From: the human T2T-CHM13v2.0 reference genome, Homo sapiens
DNA length: 64,000 nt
Assembly: GCF_009914755.1 (NCBI RefSeq)
Contig: NC_060933.1
Reading direction: 5' to 3' (one strand)
The position numbers were made by a program, and so were the translations under genes. Positions 27,774 to 41,690 of the stretch are shown here, one piece after another; the stretch's first letter is position 1, and each line of letters starts with the position of its first letter. Below the pieces are notes generated by a model. That model did not search any database, was not told where the DNA came from, and worked only from the letters and a program-made list of their open reading frames with translations.

Positions 27774-28458
27774 TGTTAGAGTAGGTAGTTAGGCAGATAT
27801 GAGCAGGGCAGAAGAGTGCTTCCTCCAGAAATGTCAGGCAACCATCAGGTGATGGTCAGGCAGCTGTTAAACTGTGTCTCTAAAATCATTGGTTGCAGCT
27901 GACTCCAAGGAAAGGCAGTCTCCCAAAAGACAGAAAACACTAGTGGGTTCCTGATAAGATCACAGGAGTTGGGTAAGTGGTTTCAAGCATGTGCACTGAA
28001 AGGCAAAATGGCAGAATTTAACTGGTATATGACCTTTCTCTAGGAACCCTTGACTGGTAAGGGAAAAAACACCTCAAATGAGCATGCACATAACTGCAGT
28101 AAACACACTGTGCATGTGGCCCCTCTTAAATGCTGGCAGGCCACTGCGCAGGCAGACAGCTTGACCTAGGGAAAAATCAAGGGAGAAGAAACGTCAATTT
28201 TAGAACCACGCCAAGGTATGAAAACCCTAAGTCAAGGGTAGGACAAAGCACTTGGATCTCTCAAGTCACGGGCTTAGCCCTCTTCCAAGTATACTTTCCT
28301 GCCTTTCATTCCTGCTCTAAAACTTAATAAATTTGACTCCTGCTTTAAAACTTGCCTCAGTCTCTCACTCTGCCTTATGACCCCTTGGCCAAATTGCTTC
28401 CTCTGAGGAGGCAAGAATCAAGTTTGCTGCAGACGGATCAAATTCCCCGCTGCCAACA
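27774..28458 (+). mobile_element. MER50 solo LTR
   Basis: tgttagagtaggtagttaggcagatatgagcagggcag...aataaa...gctgccaaca. Confidence 0.88.
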
Positions 28459-29563
28459 TACTTATTAACCTATTGCAGAATATCTCGGTTGTCTCCAGGT
28501 TTTGGCAGTTGTGAATATATTTCTATAAACGTTTATGTGAAGATTTTTGTGTGGACATAAGTTTTGAATTCATCTGGTTAAATACCAAGGAACATGAATG
28601 CTGGAGTGAATAACACTCAATTTAACTTTGGAAGAAAATGCCAGACTGTCTTTCAAATTGATTGTAGCATATTGCATTCTGCCAGCAATGAATGGAAATT
28701 CTTGTTGTTCTGCTTGCTGTCCACTATTTAGAATTGTCAGTATTTTGAATATTAGCCATTCTAATAGGTGGATAGTGGTTTCTCATGGTTGTTTTTATTT
28801 GGAATTCCATAATGACATAAATGTTGAGCATTTTTTTCATGCCATTTTTTTGCCATCTGTATATCTTTTGGTGAGGTATATGTTCAAATTTTAAAATTCT
28901 ATTAAATTTTTTTTAAACTGTGAAGTGTGAAGAGTTCTTTGTATATTTTGCAAATAAATTATCATACATATGTCTTGCAACTATTTTGCCTGTATCTTTT
29001 CTCTTAAATCGCCTAAAAGTTTCTTTCACAGAGCAGAAGTTTATAATTTTAATAAAATTCAACACATCATTTTCATTTTATTACTTTTCTCAAGACTGAA
29101 AAACTGCTATTTATTTGACAAAAAACTTTTGCATTTAATAAAGGTCAATAATTTGTATATACATTAATTAAAAATATTTTCACTAAGCACAAAATAGAAT
29201 AATTCCCATTCTTTTCACCAAGAACCCCTTTGAAAGAATGCCTAAAACTTAATCAGTTTATTTAGGTTTTTAACCAAGAAATCTAAAGCTGCTAATGAGA
29301 GTTTCTAATTAATGTGAGATGATCCAGGTAACAACCTTGAGGTCAGATAATGTAAGGTCATATAATGTGAGCTTTAAAAAGCTTTGTTTAATCTATACAT
29401 TCTAACTGAGGGGATTCGTTGGCCTCTGGCTGGTAAGCACACATCCATGTGCAAGATACCACACACACAAACAAGATTGAGTAGTAAGTATCATGTGTAG
29501 AAGATAAATAACATATGATCTTTGTATAATTGAGGAGAACAATGTCTAATTTTCTTTGGTGTA

Positions 29564-30282
<719 letters not shown>

Positions 30283-32564
30283 GTGAGGAGCAGAGAGACA
30301 TACAAACTGTGAACCCACAAGGAAGAACCAAGCAAGGGCAGTAGAAGAGATAGAAGTCCTTTGCCCTGGGGATACAGTGAAGGGACTAGGAGGCTTCAGG
30401 GAACAAGTGGCATCCAGGCCAGACCAGGAACATGAGTATATATCAGTATATGTGGGGAGGGATCTTCAATGTTGGAGAAAACAAAATGATCTGAGACACC
30501 AAGCTGCAGGAGTACAGCCTGTTCAGAAGACAGTGAAACACTTGTTCTGGGTAAAAGAATGGCATCTAATAAGAGACTATATAAAATTCAGAAAACCTTA
30601 TCAAATAAGAGCCAAGAACAACACTGGTCTGTATTTTTTTAACATCAATTAAATACAGAATCAGCAATGGCCTGTAAAACTAAGAAGAGAGCAAAATATC
30701 TTCAGAAAGGTGGAGGCACCACGTGGTTAAGTAGCCAAGAATCACCCCATAGCCCACCTCTGCTTTGACCCCAAGATGCCAGTATCTTGGAATCAAAGCC
30801 ACTAGCAATAACCTTCATTAATGAAAAATGCCTGCTGAAAATGTAAAATAAAAATGGTACAGGTAAACAAACTTCAAAACAAAAAGAGATAAACAGAGCA
30901 AACTTTCATCTCTCACACCCCACCTATGCCCTAACTGTCATGCTACTGAAAACAGGGTCAGCCTTGTTACTTAAACTGATTCATTACTGCAAAACATGAC
31001 AGAATTTAGCATATTGACTCTCCAACTTCATCCCTCCCCATCAAAAAAAAGTAAGCACCACACAAAATATAAACTTACCCCAGATAAAACGAAGTATCAA
31101 CCTAAGGATCCTATTGTAATATTACTATAATCCTGGATATTTGAATTCTGTTACAACCTATTTACAAAAAAATCCTCATTCTGAGAGCTCTGAAAGCGCT
31201 GAAAACATTGCTGCATTTTATTCTTCCTCTTGAAGTAGTTCAAAGTCTTGAAACACAGCAAATTTACATATTTTTCTATACTACCACTGAGGGAGTGATT
31301 ATTATAAAACACCAACAACTGAAATCTTCATCCCATGATTGTCTGGCTATTTTAATTTGTTCCCTCAGATTAAACACTAATCTAAAAATGGGAAACACAC
31401 ACAAAAAGATGAAAAATCACACAAAAATTTTAAGATGCAAAAAATAAAAATCTCTATCATCACACTAACAATCTACACTTTCCCAAAAACAAAAATTAAA
31501 TTTATTTGATTTACCCCAGCTATTGGCATTTTTAAAAGTATTCAAGAAACTAACACCTTATGAAAACAGTGGAAAATTTAAGTAGGAGCATAAAACTCAA
31601 ATCAACTCATTTTCTGGCAAAGAGTTCTTCCAAAATGCCAACTTCACAAGAATGGATGTTTGGCAAACTGTTAAATTTTAGGTATTATGCTTTTTGTTGT
31701 TATATCTTAAATCTCATTGCCAAACCCAAAGTCACTTAGATTTTTTTCCTACATTTTATTTTATAAGTTTTATAGCTTTGAACTTTACATTTATGTCTAT
31801 GATTCATACTGACTAAATTTTTGTGAAAAGTAAAAGGTTGTGACTACATACATTTCTTTTTGCATGTAGATGTCCAGTTGCTCCAGTACCATTTGTTGAA
31901 AACACTATAATTTCTTCACTGGATTGCTTTTGCTCCTTTGTCAAAGATCAGTGGGATATATTGCTGTGGATCTCTTACTGGCCTGTATTATATTTCATTG
32001 ATCTAGCCTCCTTTTCTTTCACCAATATCACACTATTTTGATTTCTGTAGCTTTATAGTAAGTCTTGAAGTCAGGTGGTGTCAGTGCTCCATCTTTGTCC
32101 TTGTTCTTCAAATTTAAGTTGCTTATTCTGTATCTTTTGTCTTTTCACATAAACTTGAATAAATTTATGTTTAAAAACAACTTTTTAGAATTTTTATTAG
32201 AATTTTATTGAATATATTGATCAAGTTGGGAAAATTTGATTATATTAACTATACTGAAAATTTCTATCCATGAATATGGAATACCTCTCCATTTATTTAG
32301 GACTTTTTTGATTTTTTTATCACTGTTTTGTCATTTTCCTGATATAGATGTTTTACATAATTTGTCAGACATATGTAGGTATTTCAATTTTTTTTTGGTG
32401 CTCATGTAAATAGTGTCATGGTCTTAATTTCAAATTTCTTTTCTTATCGGTGATGTGTAAGAAACTATTTGACTTTTGTATATTAACTTTGTACCCTGCA
32501 ACCTTAATATAAGCACTTATTCCAGAAATTTTTGTTGTTGTTAATGATAATGATTCTTTGAGAT

Positions 32565-32990
32565 TTTCTTTTTTTTTTCTTGATTATATTTTAAGTTCTA
32601 GTGTACACGTTCACAACGTACAGGTTTGTTACATATGTATACATGTGCCATGTTGGTTTGCTGCATCCATTAACTCATCATTTACATTAGGTATTTCTCC
32701 TAATGCTATCCCTCCCCTAACCCCCCACCCCACTACAGGCCCTGGTGTGTGATGTTCCCTGCCCCATGTCCAAGTGTTCTCATTGTTCAATTCCCACCTA
32801 CAAGTGAGAACATGTGGTGTTTGGTTTTCTGTCCTTATGATCGTTTGCTCAGAATGATGGTTTCCAGCTTCTTCCATGTCCCTACAAAGACATGAACTCA
32901 TCCTTTTTTATGGCTACGTAATATTCCGTGGTGTACATGTGTCACATTTTCTTAATCCAGTCTATCATTGATGGATATTTGGGTTGGTTC
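32565..32990 (-). mobile_element. 5'-truncated L1PA5/6-like 3' end
   Basis: ttaagttctagtgtacacgttcacaacgtacaggtttgttacatatgtatacatgtgccatg L1PA 3'UTR. Confidence 0.92.
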
Positions 32991-33017
32991 TAAATAGGCA
33001 ATATTATGATATGGAAA

Positions 33018-35698
33018 TATTTTAATCTGTTCTCACACTGCTAAGAAAGCCATACCACAGAGTGGGTAATTTATAAAGAAAAGAGGTTTATGAAATACTA
33101 TGCAGCCATAAGAAAGATTGAGTTTATGTTCTTTGCAGGGACATGGATGAGGCCGGAAATCATCAGTTTCAGCAAACTAACACAGGAACAGAAAATCAAA
33201 CACCACATGTTCTCACTCATAAGTGGAAGTTGAACAATGAGAATGCATGGAGGGGAACATCACACACTGGGTCCTGTCAGGGGGTTGGGGGCAAGGTGAG
33301 GGAGAGCACTAGGACAAATACCTAATGCATGGGGGGCTTAAAACCTAGATGATGGGTTGATAGGTGCAGCAAACCACCATGGCACATGTATACCTATGTA
33401 ACAACCCTGCATGTTCTGCACATGTATCCCAGAACTTAAAGTAAAATAAATAGAAAGGAAAAGAAAGAGGTTTAATGAACGCACAGTTTGACATGGATGG
33501 GGAGACCTCACAATCATGCCGGAGGGTGAATGAGGAGCAAAGTCATGTCTTACACGGCAGCAGGCAAGAGAGCTTGTGCAGGGGAACTATCATTTATAAA
33601 AACATCAGATCTCATGAGATTCATTCACTATAACAAGAACAGCATGGGAAAGACTCAGCCCATGATTCAATTGATTCAATTACCTACCACTCAGTCCCTC
33701 TCACGACATGTGGAAATTATGGGAGCTACAATTCAAAATGAGTTTTTGGTAGGGGCACAGCCAAACCATATCATTCCAACCCTGGCCCCTCCCAAGTCTC
33801 GTCCTCACAATTAAAAATAAATCATACCTTCCCAACAGTCACCCAAAGTCTTAATTCATTTCAGCATTAACTCAAAAGTCCACAGTCCAAAGTCTCATCT
33901 GAGAGAAAGCAACTTCCTTCCAAGTTTTTGTACAATCGAAAGCAAGTTAGCTACTTCCTGGGGTACAGGCTTTGGGTAAATATAGCCATCCCAAATGTAA
34001 GAAATTGGCCAAAACGAAGGGGTTACAAGCCTCATGCAAGTCTGAAATCCAGTGGGGCAGTCAAATTTTAAAAAGTGATCCAAAGTGATCTGCTTTAACT
34101 CCATGTCTCACATCCAGGTCACACTGATGCAAGAGGTGGGTTCCCATGGTTTTGGGCAGCTCCATGGCTTTGCAGGTACAGCCCCTCTCCCAGCTGCCTT
34201 TATGGGCTGGCACTGAGTGTCTGTGGCTTTTCTAGGTGCAGAGTGCATGCTGTTGGTGGATCTACCATTCTGGGTTCTGGAGGCCACTGGCCCTCTTCTC
34301 ACAGCTCCACTAGGTAGTATCCCAGGTGGGACTCTGTGTGAGGGCTCCAACCCCACATCTCCCTTCCTCACTGTCCCAGCAGAGGTTCTCCATGAGGGCT
34401 CTGCCCATGCAGCAAACTTTCCTGGACATCCAGGCGTTTCCATACATCCTTTGAAATCTAGGCAAAGGTTCCCAAACCTCAATTCTTAACTTCTGTGTAC
34501 CTACAGGCTCAACACCATGTGGAAGCTGCCAAGGTTTGGGATTTGCACCCTCCAAAGCCATGACCTGAATTGTACCTTAGCCCCTTTTAGCCATGGCTGG
34601 GATGACAGGGATGCAGGGCACCAAGACACTAGGCTACACACAGAAGGGGGGGCCTGGGTCTGGTCCACAAAACCATTTTTTCCTCCTACTCCTCTAGGGA
34701 GAGGGGCTGCAGCAAAGATCTCTGACATTCCTTGGAGATATTTTCCCCATTGTCTTGATGATTAACATTTGGCCTTTTGTTATTTGTGCAAATTTCTGCA
34801 GCAGGCTTGAATTTCTCCCCAGAAAATGAGTTTTCTTTTCTATTGCATCTTCAGGCTGCAAATTTCCCAAACTTTTATGCTCTGCTTCCTCTTGAACACT
34901 TTGTCACTTACAAATTTCTTCTACCAGATGCCCTAAATAATCTCTTTCAAATTCAAAATTCCGCAGACCTCTATGGCAGGGGCAAAATGCTGCCAGTCTC
35001 CTTGCTAAAGCATAACATGAGTCACCTTTGTTCCAGTTCCCAGCAAGTTCCTCATTTCCATCTGAGACCACCACAGCCTGGACCTTATTGTCCATGTCAC
35101 TATCAGCATTTTGGTCAAAGCCATTAAATAAGTCTCTAGGAAGTTCCAAACTATCTCACATCTTCATGTCTTCTGAGCCCTCCAAGTCTCTAGGAAGTTC
35201 CAAACTTTCCCACATTTTCCTGTATTCTTCTGAGCCCTCCAGATTGTTCCAATCTCTGCCTGTTACCCAGTTCCAAAGTTGCTTCCACATTTTTGGTATC
35301 TTTATAGCAGTGCACCACTACCTGGTACCAATTTACTGTATTAGTCTGTTCTCATGCTACTAATAAAGAGATACCCAAGACTGGGTAATTCATAAAGGAA
35401 AGAGTTTTAATGGATTCAATTCCACATGGCTGGGGAGGCTTCACAATCATGGCAGAAGGCGAATGAGAAGTAAAGTCACATCTTACTTGGTGGCAAGCAA
35501 GAGAGCTTGTGCAGGAGAACTCTCATTTATAAAACCATCAGATCTTGTGAGATTTATTCACTATCACGAGAACAGCATGGAAAAGACCTGCTTCCATGAC
35601 TCAATTACCTCCCACTGGGTCCCTCTTACAATACATGAGAATTATGGAAGCTACAGTTCAAGATCAGAATTGGGTGGGGACATAGGCAAACCATATCA
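33018..35698 (-). mobile_element. THE1 (THE1C-like) MaLR provirus: 3' LTR 33018-33773, internal 33774-35336, 5' LTR 35337-35698
   Basis: Two LTRs ending aaaccatatca; MaLR internal ORF remnant FDQNADSDMDNKVQA...KGDSCYALARRLAAFCPC; TSD ggaaa/gcaaa. Confidence 0.93.
33091..33460 (+). mobile_element. 5'-truncated L1PA7/8-like 3' end inside the THE1 LTR
   Basis: TSD aagaaaagaggttta/aagaaagaggttta; gcttaaaacctagatgatggg diagnostic. Confidence 0.92.
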
Positions 35699-36498
35699 GC
35701 AAACAAAGAGAGTGTTATTTCTTACTTTCCAACCTGCATGCCTTTTATTTTCTCGTTTTAATGCATTAACTAGGAATTCCAGTATAGTGTTGAATAGAAG
35801 TGTAAAGGGGGTATCTTCCCTTGTTCCTGATCTTAGGAGAAAATTTCAGGCACTCTTTGATGGTTAGAAAAAATGGGAATAATCTTAAATGCAGTAAAGG
35901 CAGAAAAGTCCTGTATTTGGGGCTTAGCGTAGAGAGGAATAACCATAGTGAAAGTCAGAAGCTGAAATTCACATTATAAATCAAGAGCAATCGATCAGTG
36001 TTGGCAGTGTTGTAGGGAGTACTTATCAATGAATAAATCTGAATTTTCTACCAGCTTTGTATAGAGGGCAGAATGGCCTCTCATCTCACCGCTACCCTGT
36101 GTTCCAGACTATAGCTCAAGACTGCTCAAGGCTTTAGTTCATAGGGACTGCCAGCTATGTTCTCTGAGCACCTTAGAATGGGCCTCAAGAATTTTTATTA
36201 GTTCAATAATCAGTCATTATGAGGAATCAAAAACAAGTCATTAAGGAATCAAGAATGTTTACCTACCACCTAACATATACTACTCTATGTAGGCAGGGCT
36301 ACAGAAGTAACTAAATCTGTTATCAAAATAGCCTGTGTATTGAAACTTCCCTTCAGCTCACTTTACTTAAGTGTTAACAGAACTATTTTAAAACATTTGA
36401 CTTAGGATTTGATTTGTTTGTCAGAGTTCGTTGGAGAGCCTGATCAGGAGGTATTTGGTTTGAGATGGGAAAAAAGTATTCATGAATCAGTGACTAGA

Positions 36499-37051
36499 TA
36501 TATAAATTTCCTATTGTTGCTGTAACAAATTACCACTTCAGTGACATGAAACACCATAAATTTATTATCTTATAGTTCTCTAGGTCAGAAGGATGATACA
36601 GGTCACTGCTTTCACCAGGATAAAATCAAGGAGTCAGTAAGAATATGTTTCTTATTGGAGACTGTAGGAAAAAAAAATCATTTCTTTGTGGTTGTGGAAC
36701 TGAAGCCCCAGTTTTCTTGATGGTTGTCAGCTGATTATTATACCCAGTTTCTACATAGTATATGCATTTTTTTTTTGGCTTATGGTCCCCCTCCTCTATT
36801 TCCAAAGCCAGCAACAGTGGGTTGAATTCTTCTCATGGCTCATGGCTCTGACCCACTCTTCTGTCTCCCTCTTCTACTGTTAAGGATTTATTTGATTGCA
36901 TTTGGCCCACCTGAATAATTCAGGATAATCTCCCATTTTCAAGGCTTTTAATCTTAAGTTCCTTTTTCCATGTAGGGTAATATATTCACAGGTTCCAGAG
37001 ATCAGATCAAGGGTATCTTTGGGACAAGGGTGTATTATTCTGCCTGCCACA
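36499..37051 (-). mobile_element. MLT1D/E-like MaLR LTR
   Basis: tttcctattgttgctgtaacaaattaccac...tattctgcctgccaca. Confidence 0.85.
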
Positions 37052-38920
37052 CTCAGTATTAAAGAGAACAAAATAATTAAAGTCAAGTAACAAAATATTT
37101 AAGTGAAGGTCAAGGAAAATTACTCATTTTTTTTTGTATAACAAAGACTGTGGTTCAAATAAGAAAATAATTTATCATAATGGTGGGCATTTGATATATA
37201 TATTTTCAAGTTCATAGAAGATGGTTGTCTCAACATTCATTGCTCTTTGCAGTTTTTTCTTAAAAGATATTCCCCTGATGCATCTATTACCTTAAACTCT
37301 TTTGAGATATAAGGAAGTATATAGATTTTTAGCCTTTAGATATTCATTTTTTCCAAAGGTTGGAGAAATACTTGTTTCACTGAAGTATCTGGAGTGCTTG
37401 AATAATATAAAAATTTTTATATGATCACTTATTACTACAATGACTATTAATGGGAAAGCAAAGGATGAAGGGGAAATGGACACAGTTTCTAGGATGTTCA
37501 GGTTTCAGTTGAATGAAAGTATCATAGTTTGCTTTTCATTCCTACAATACTTTTCTTACCTTAATTTATTTAAGATTATGTTCTTAAATTAAATAATTTA
37601 GGTTATTTTTAGACCGATTCTTCTCCAATGTGCTGTTTTAGCGCAAGTCTGTCTTATTTCTTCTTGGTATTTTTCGGTGACATTGCACATGCTTTGGCAT
37701 ATAGTGAATACTCATATCTTGCTCATTTGAGTTGAATTTAAAGACACAGCAAAGCCAATTTTTTTTTGACTTGAGTTTTAATTTGTTCCCACAGAAACTA
37801 TTATATTGACCCAGCTAAATACCTGTTAGTATGTTTTATATAAAATGGAATAAACTCAAGGAGGCAGTTTAACTTTCATTAAACTAGTTTTATGACTTTC
37901 TAGTGTGTAGTGGTAACACTTTAGGATAAAAGGTAACGTTTTGATTGCAGATTTTGAATTGCCAAGTATATTAACAAACTAATGTCATAAATATGTGGTA
38001 AAGTATACGTAATAAAATTAACCTACACATTTAACGTGGTATTAAGTAAATTTTATTTTTAATCTACTAAATTCAGACATAGTAATTCCTAGCAGAAACA
38101 GAAATTTGATAGCAAACATAACAGTGTATATTATTGAAGCTCTTACTGATAATCTCCTTCGATTTTAATAAAAATCCCCAAGACAGATAAATAGCATAAA
38201 CTTGCATAGTGAATTGTAGGTCTAACAGTCTAATGTAAATATGTAATATTTCTTCCTATAAAGAGAAGTGGTGGTCTTCTGTGAAATCATACTTCATAGC
38301 TTCATTTTTAAAGGGGCTTATTTTCAACAGCAGTATTGAGTGTTCTTTAAGCCCTTCTTGGGAATTCTCATGCTGCTTTATCTGGCAACCAGAATGTGGA
38401 CAATGTCACCAAATTGTTTAAAGTCTATTGCTAGGTGTATTGCTTCCACTTCGAGTCATCAGCTATGCTGTTCTTCCGGAACTGATTGTGAATTTTTCAG
38501 TTGCACATAAGCAAAATCTGACTTCAAGTGTTTTTTTTTAAAGGGGAATTTGCTGAGATGGTAATAGTCTGTCTTACAGAAACCAAAGATAAAAACCAAA
38601 GCTGGCCATCAGAAGCAAATGGAGCTAAGGACTATGCATCTCCAGATTCTGATGCCACTGCTCATCCCTGCTCCTAAGTATGCCCCATTCCCTCCACTCT
38701 TCTTCCTACCTTCCCTTTTATTTCCCTCATATTACTTCCTCTCCTGTCTCCTTCGCATTTTCTCCAGACATTTATTTTGCTCTTACGTGGTAAATACAAT
38801 AATTTATATTAAGGGTTAGTACTATCAAATACCATCACCAGGTAGAATATTTATCTCCATTTTCCCAAGTATAGAAAATGCATTTGTATTTAAAAGCATT
38901 TTTACTGGTTGGTAGGTTAG

Positions 38921-39140
38921 CATTGGCCTAGTAAACATTTTCTGTTAAAGGACACATAGTAAATGTTTTATGCTTTGTGAGCCATGTTGTCACTGTAGTT
39001 TTACTCAACTTTGCCATGATTGTGCAAAAACAGTCATAGAAAATACGTAAATAAATGAGTGTGGCTGTGTTCCAATAAACTATATTGACAAAAACAGAAA
39101 AGAACTGGGTTTAACTCACAGGCCGTAGGTTGCCAGTTTT
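38921..39140 (-). mobile_element. MER58A
   Basis: aaacattttctgttaaaggacacatagtaaat...gtgtggctgtgttccaataaa...ggccgtaggttgcca. Confidence 0.85.
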
Positions 39141-39501
39141 AAGTTAGGCTATATCACATGCATTTTCTCTTCTACTGCTCTTTATTCACGGCGGACTCAA
39201 GTATTTGAAGTGGCTCATCAAGGTTACTTGTTGCCAGACAGTTTTAAATATTAGTTTAAGTTGCACAGACACCTCTAACCCTCCAAATTTTTCTGGGTTA
39301 TATACCACTTTGCTCTTTATAACCAGCCTATTCTCAAACAACAGAGTTGAAGAGCTATGGATTCTTTTTCTTCTGCCTTGTTGTATGGTAATGCCAGATC
39401 CCTGTGATAGCTTACTTTTTGTCATAGTTGGCTTATAAGCAACAAAGAAGCATTTGATCTCCATTAAAAGCTTCATCTAGTATCAAAATTAATTTTGACT
39501 G

Positions 39502-39606
39502 CTTCAGACATTGGTACTGGGTGATGTTTCCTGCAAGCAAACTTCAGACATAGCTACTGGGTGATGCTTCAGACATAGCTACTGGGTGATGCTTCCTGCA
39601 AACAAA
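39502..39606. repeat. Short mosaic tandem duplication A-B-A-A-B (A = 25 bp, B = 15 bp)
   Basis: A = cttcagacatagctactgggtgatg x3; B = cttcctgcaaacaaa x2. Confidence 0.92.
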
Positions 39607-40295
39607 CTTTTCTGGTTGCTTCAGAAATTCCTGACGTGCTGCCTTTTACCAACATGAAGACCTACTCAGTCTGTAACTTCTTTGTTCCTTTTCTGAATGC
39701 CAATTTACTACTGTCTGATTGGTTAGTTTGCTGATGTGTTCACTGTTCTCATATATTATCTTCTATTTCTAGGCTATTCCTGGAAACTGAGACTACCCAG
39801 TAAATTTATTCATTCATTTATTTATTTTGGTTCCTATTCCTGCTCTGTTTTGTATCCATGATGATTATTAATAAATATAATTTTCTACTCTAAAAGTAGC
39901 CATTAGCCAGGTGAACACTGAGAAGACATTTAACTACATAATTATTTCCTTATCTTCTTTGTCTAAAATGCAATAAGGTAGATTTAGATAGGTCAATCAT
40001 AATGCCTACATTCTCCTCTTTCCTTTTCTGAGGGGAACAGCTATATTCGCTAATTCCTTCTCAGAAAATAATCCTGTTCACTATTAGAGATTACCTATTT
40101 CCTACCAAGTGAAACTGGTTATATCCTCAGGGCCAGGTTGGCACTTGACTCAGTCAAGCCAAAACATGCCTGGAGCGTCATTCAGTTAGTAGTAGTGACG
40201 GAGCACAAGGGGATTCAAAGAAAAACAGAGATAATTGTTAAATCATGTTAATATAGCACACTAAATAGAAACTCAAGGATTTCTGTTCTGATTAG

Positions 40296-40378
40296 GAAAC
40301 CCCCACAGATAGTGGCTCCACCCAAACTGCCTTGGATCCTGAACCATCTTCAAAGCCATAAACTATGTTCCCATGTTG
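40296..40378 (+). CDS. Candidate distal exon, (L)KPPQIVAPPKLPWILNHLQSHKLCSHV, phase 2 to 1
   Basis: Acceptor ttctgttctgattag|; donor TTG|GTGAGG; only the phase-2 frame is open, matching the end of the 2414-2460 exon; locally higher GC. Confidence 0.25.
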
Positions 40379-41499
40379 GTGAGGCCTGAGTCTCTGCCCA
40401 TCTTTGGTTCCTGTGATTTTCATTTTTTTACTGATGTGCTGCTTTATAATAAACCCATTGTTAAAGATAATCTGAGTCTCTAATTCATGTGTTCTGAACG
40501 AAATAATGAACACATAGACCCAAACACAAACACAAATAATAGAGAAAAACAATTTTGTTCTTGTGTAACCAAATAGAACACCAACAGAATATTACATTGT
40601 AAAAATAATAGGTTTCCTGAGTCCTATTTTATTTTCTACCTACGTACTTATGTTTGTATCATAAATAAGGAGATATTGAAAAAAGTTAATAATATCACAT
40701 TACAGCTATATAATGTTGGAACACTCTGCCCTTATGAGGCTAATCAAAAAGTGTTATTAGGAATAAACAGAAAAGTGAGGGTAATTAGTTCAGGACTACC
40801 TTTAATAGATAATAATTTCATTTAGATCTGTTAAGTGTGGGTAATTTGGTGGGTGCTGTGAATGATAATAGAAAACATGGAGAAGTTGGATGTAAGCAAA
40901 AGACGTAATTTTAATGAACAAAAGACATTGAATTATAATGAAATTGGAAAGACTGGTTAATTTCGTGGAAAACTAATGCAATCTTTTAACATATTCTTGC
41001 ATTGCATATGTGAAGTTCATAAAGATATGTGATGTTTCCAATTAACTTGATTGACATACTAGAGTTTTATATCTTTAATAGGTGGTATATTTGTTGTGTT
41101 GAGATGAAAATAAAATTTATTCTTGAAGTACTAAAATAAAGCATTTGTTTTACAATTAGTTTAGACTTCATGTCAAGCTATGATGTATAATACATATGAT
41201 GTTGGGGTAGAAATTTTTGAACAGTTACTCAAAAGTAGTCTGACTTTTTATAGTAATAAGAAGACAGCATCAATTATAGTTTTCTTGATTTGAAAGCACA
41301 GCACTAGGCAAACTTTTCTAAAAACATGATCAATATTTATTTTGCACATGTTAGTCATTAACATTTTATTTATGAAGCTGATTTCAACACTATCAGATTA
41401 TTTTTATTAAATCATGAGGATGTTGAATGATTTATTTAGTGAGTGTTCACGTACTACTAAGCACTTTTCCTATTTTGTCAATAAAACAATAGCTATCTT

Positions 41500-41690
41500 T
41501 CGTTGATTTTTAAATATGCATCAGGCAGTGTGTTGAGCCCTTATATATATTATCTTATTTAATCCCTGTGACAACGCATATAGACAAAAGTAACCAGGTT
41601 TCAGACGGTGAAAAAACTTTTCCAAAGGTAGCTAAGATGGTAATAGAATTGGAATTCAAAGCCCTGTCTTCCTATAATCACTCCAAACAT
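41500..41690 (-). mobile_element. MIR
   Basis: tcaggcagtgtgttgagccc...tcttatttaatccctgtgacaac...ggaattcaaagcc. Confidence 0.7.

Noticed and set aside
32565-33460. Possible twin-primed (5'-inverted) single L1
   Set aside because: Both pieces are 3' ends with their own tails and different subfamily diagnostics, separated by host L1 and THE1 sequence.
35130-35240. ~55-bp tandem duplication aagtctctaggaagttccaaact...ttctgagccctcc
   Set aside because: As far as I recall this is a common feature of THE1 internal sequences, not locus-specific.
33530-35867. Dense cluster of 70-134 aa ORFs on both strands
   Set aside because: All lie within or start in the THE1 provirus; broken MaLR internal ORF and chance antisense frames.
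39502-39606. CRISPR-like repeat/spacer appearance
   Set aside because: Eukaryotic context; the 'spacers' are themselves repeated or absent; simple tandem duplication.
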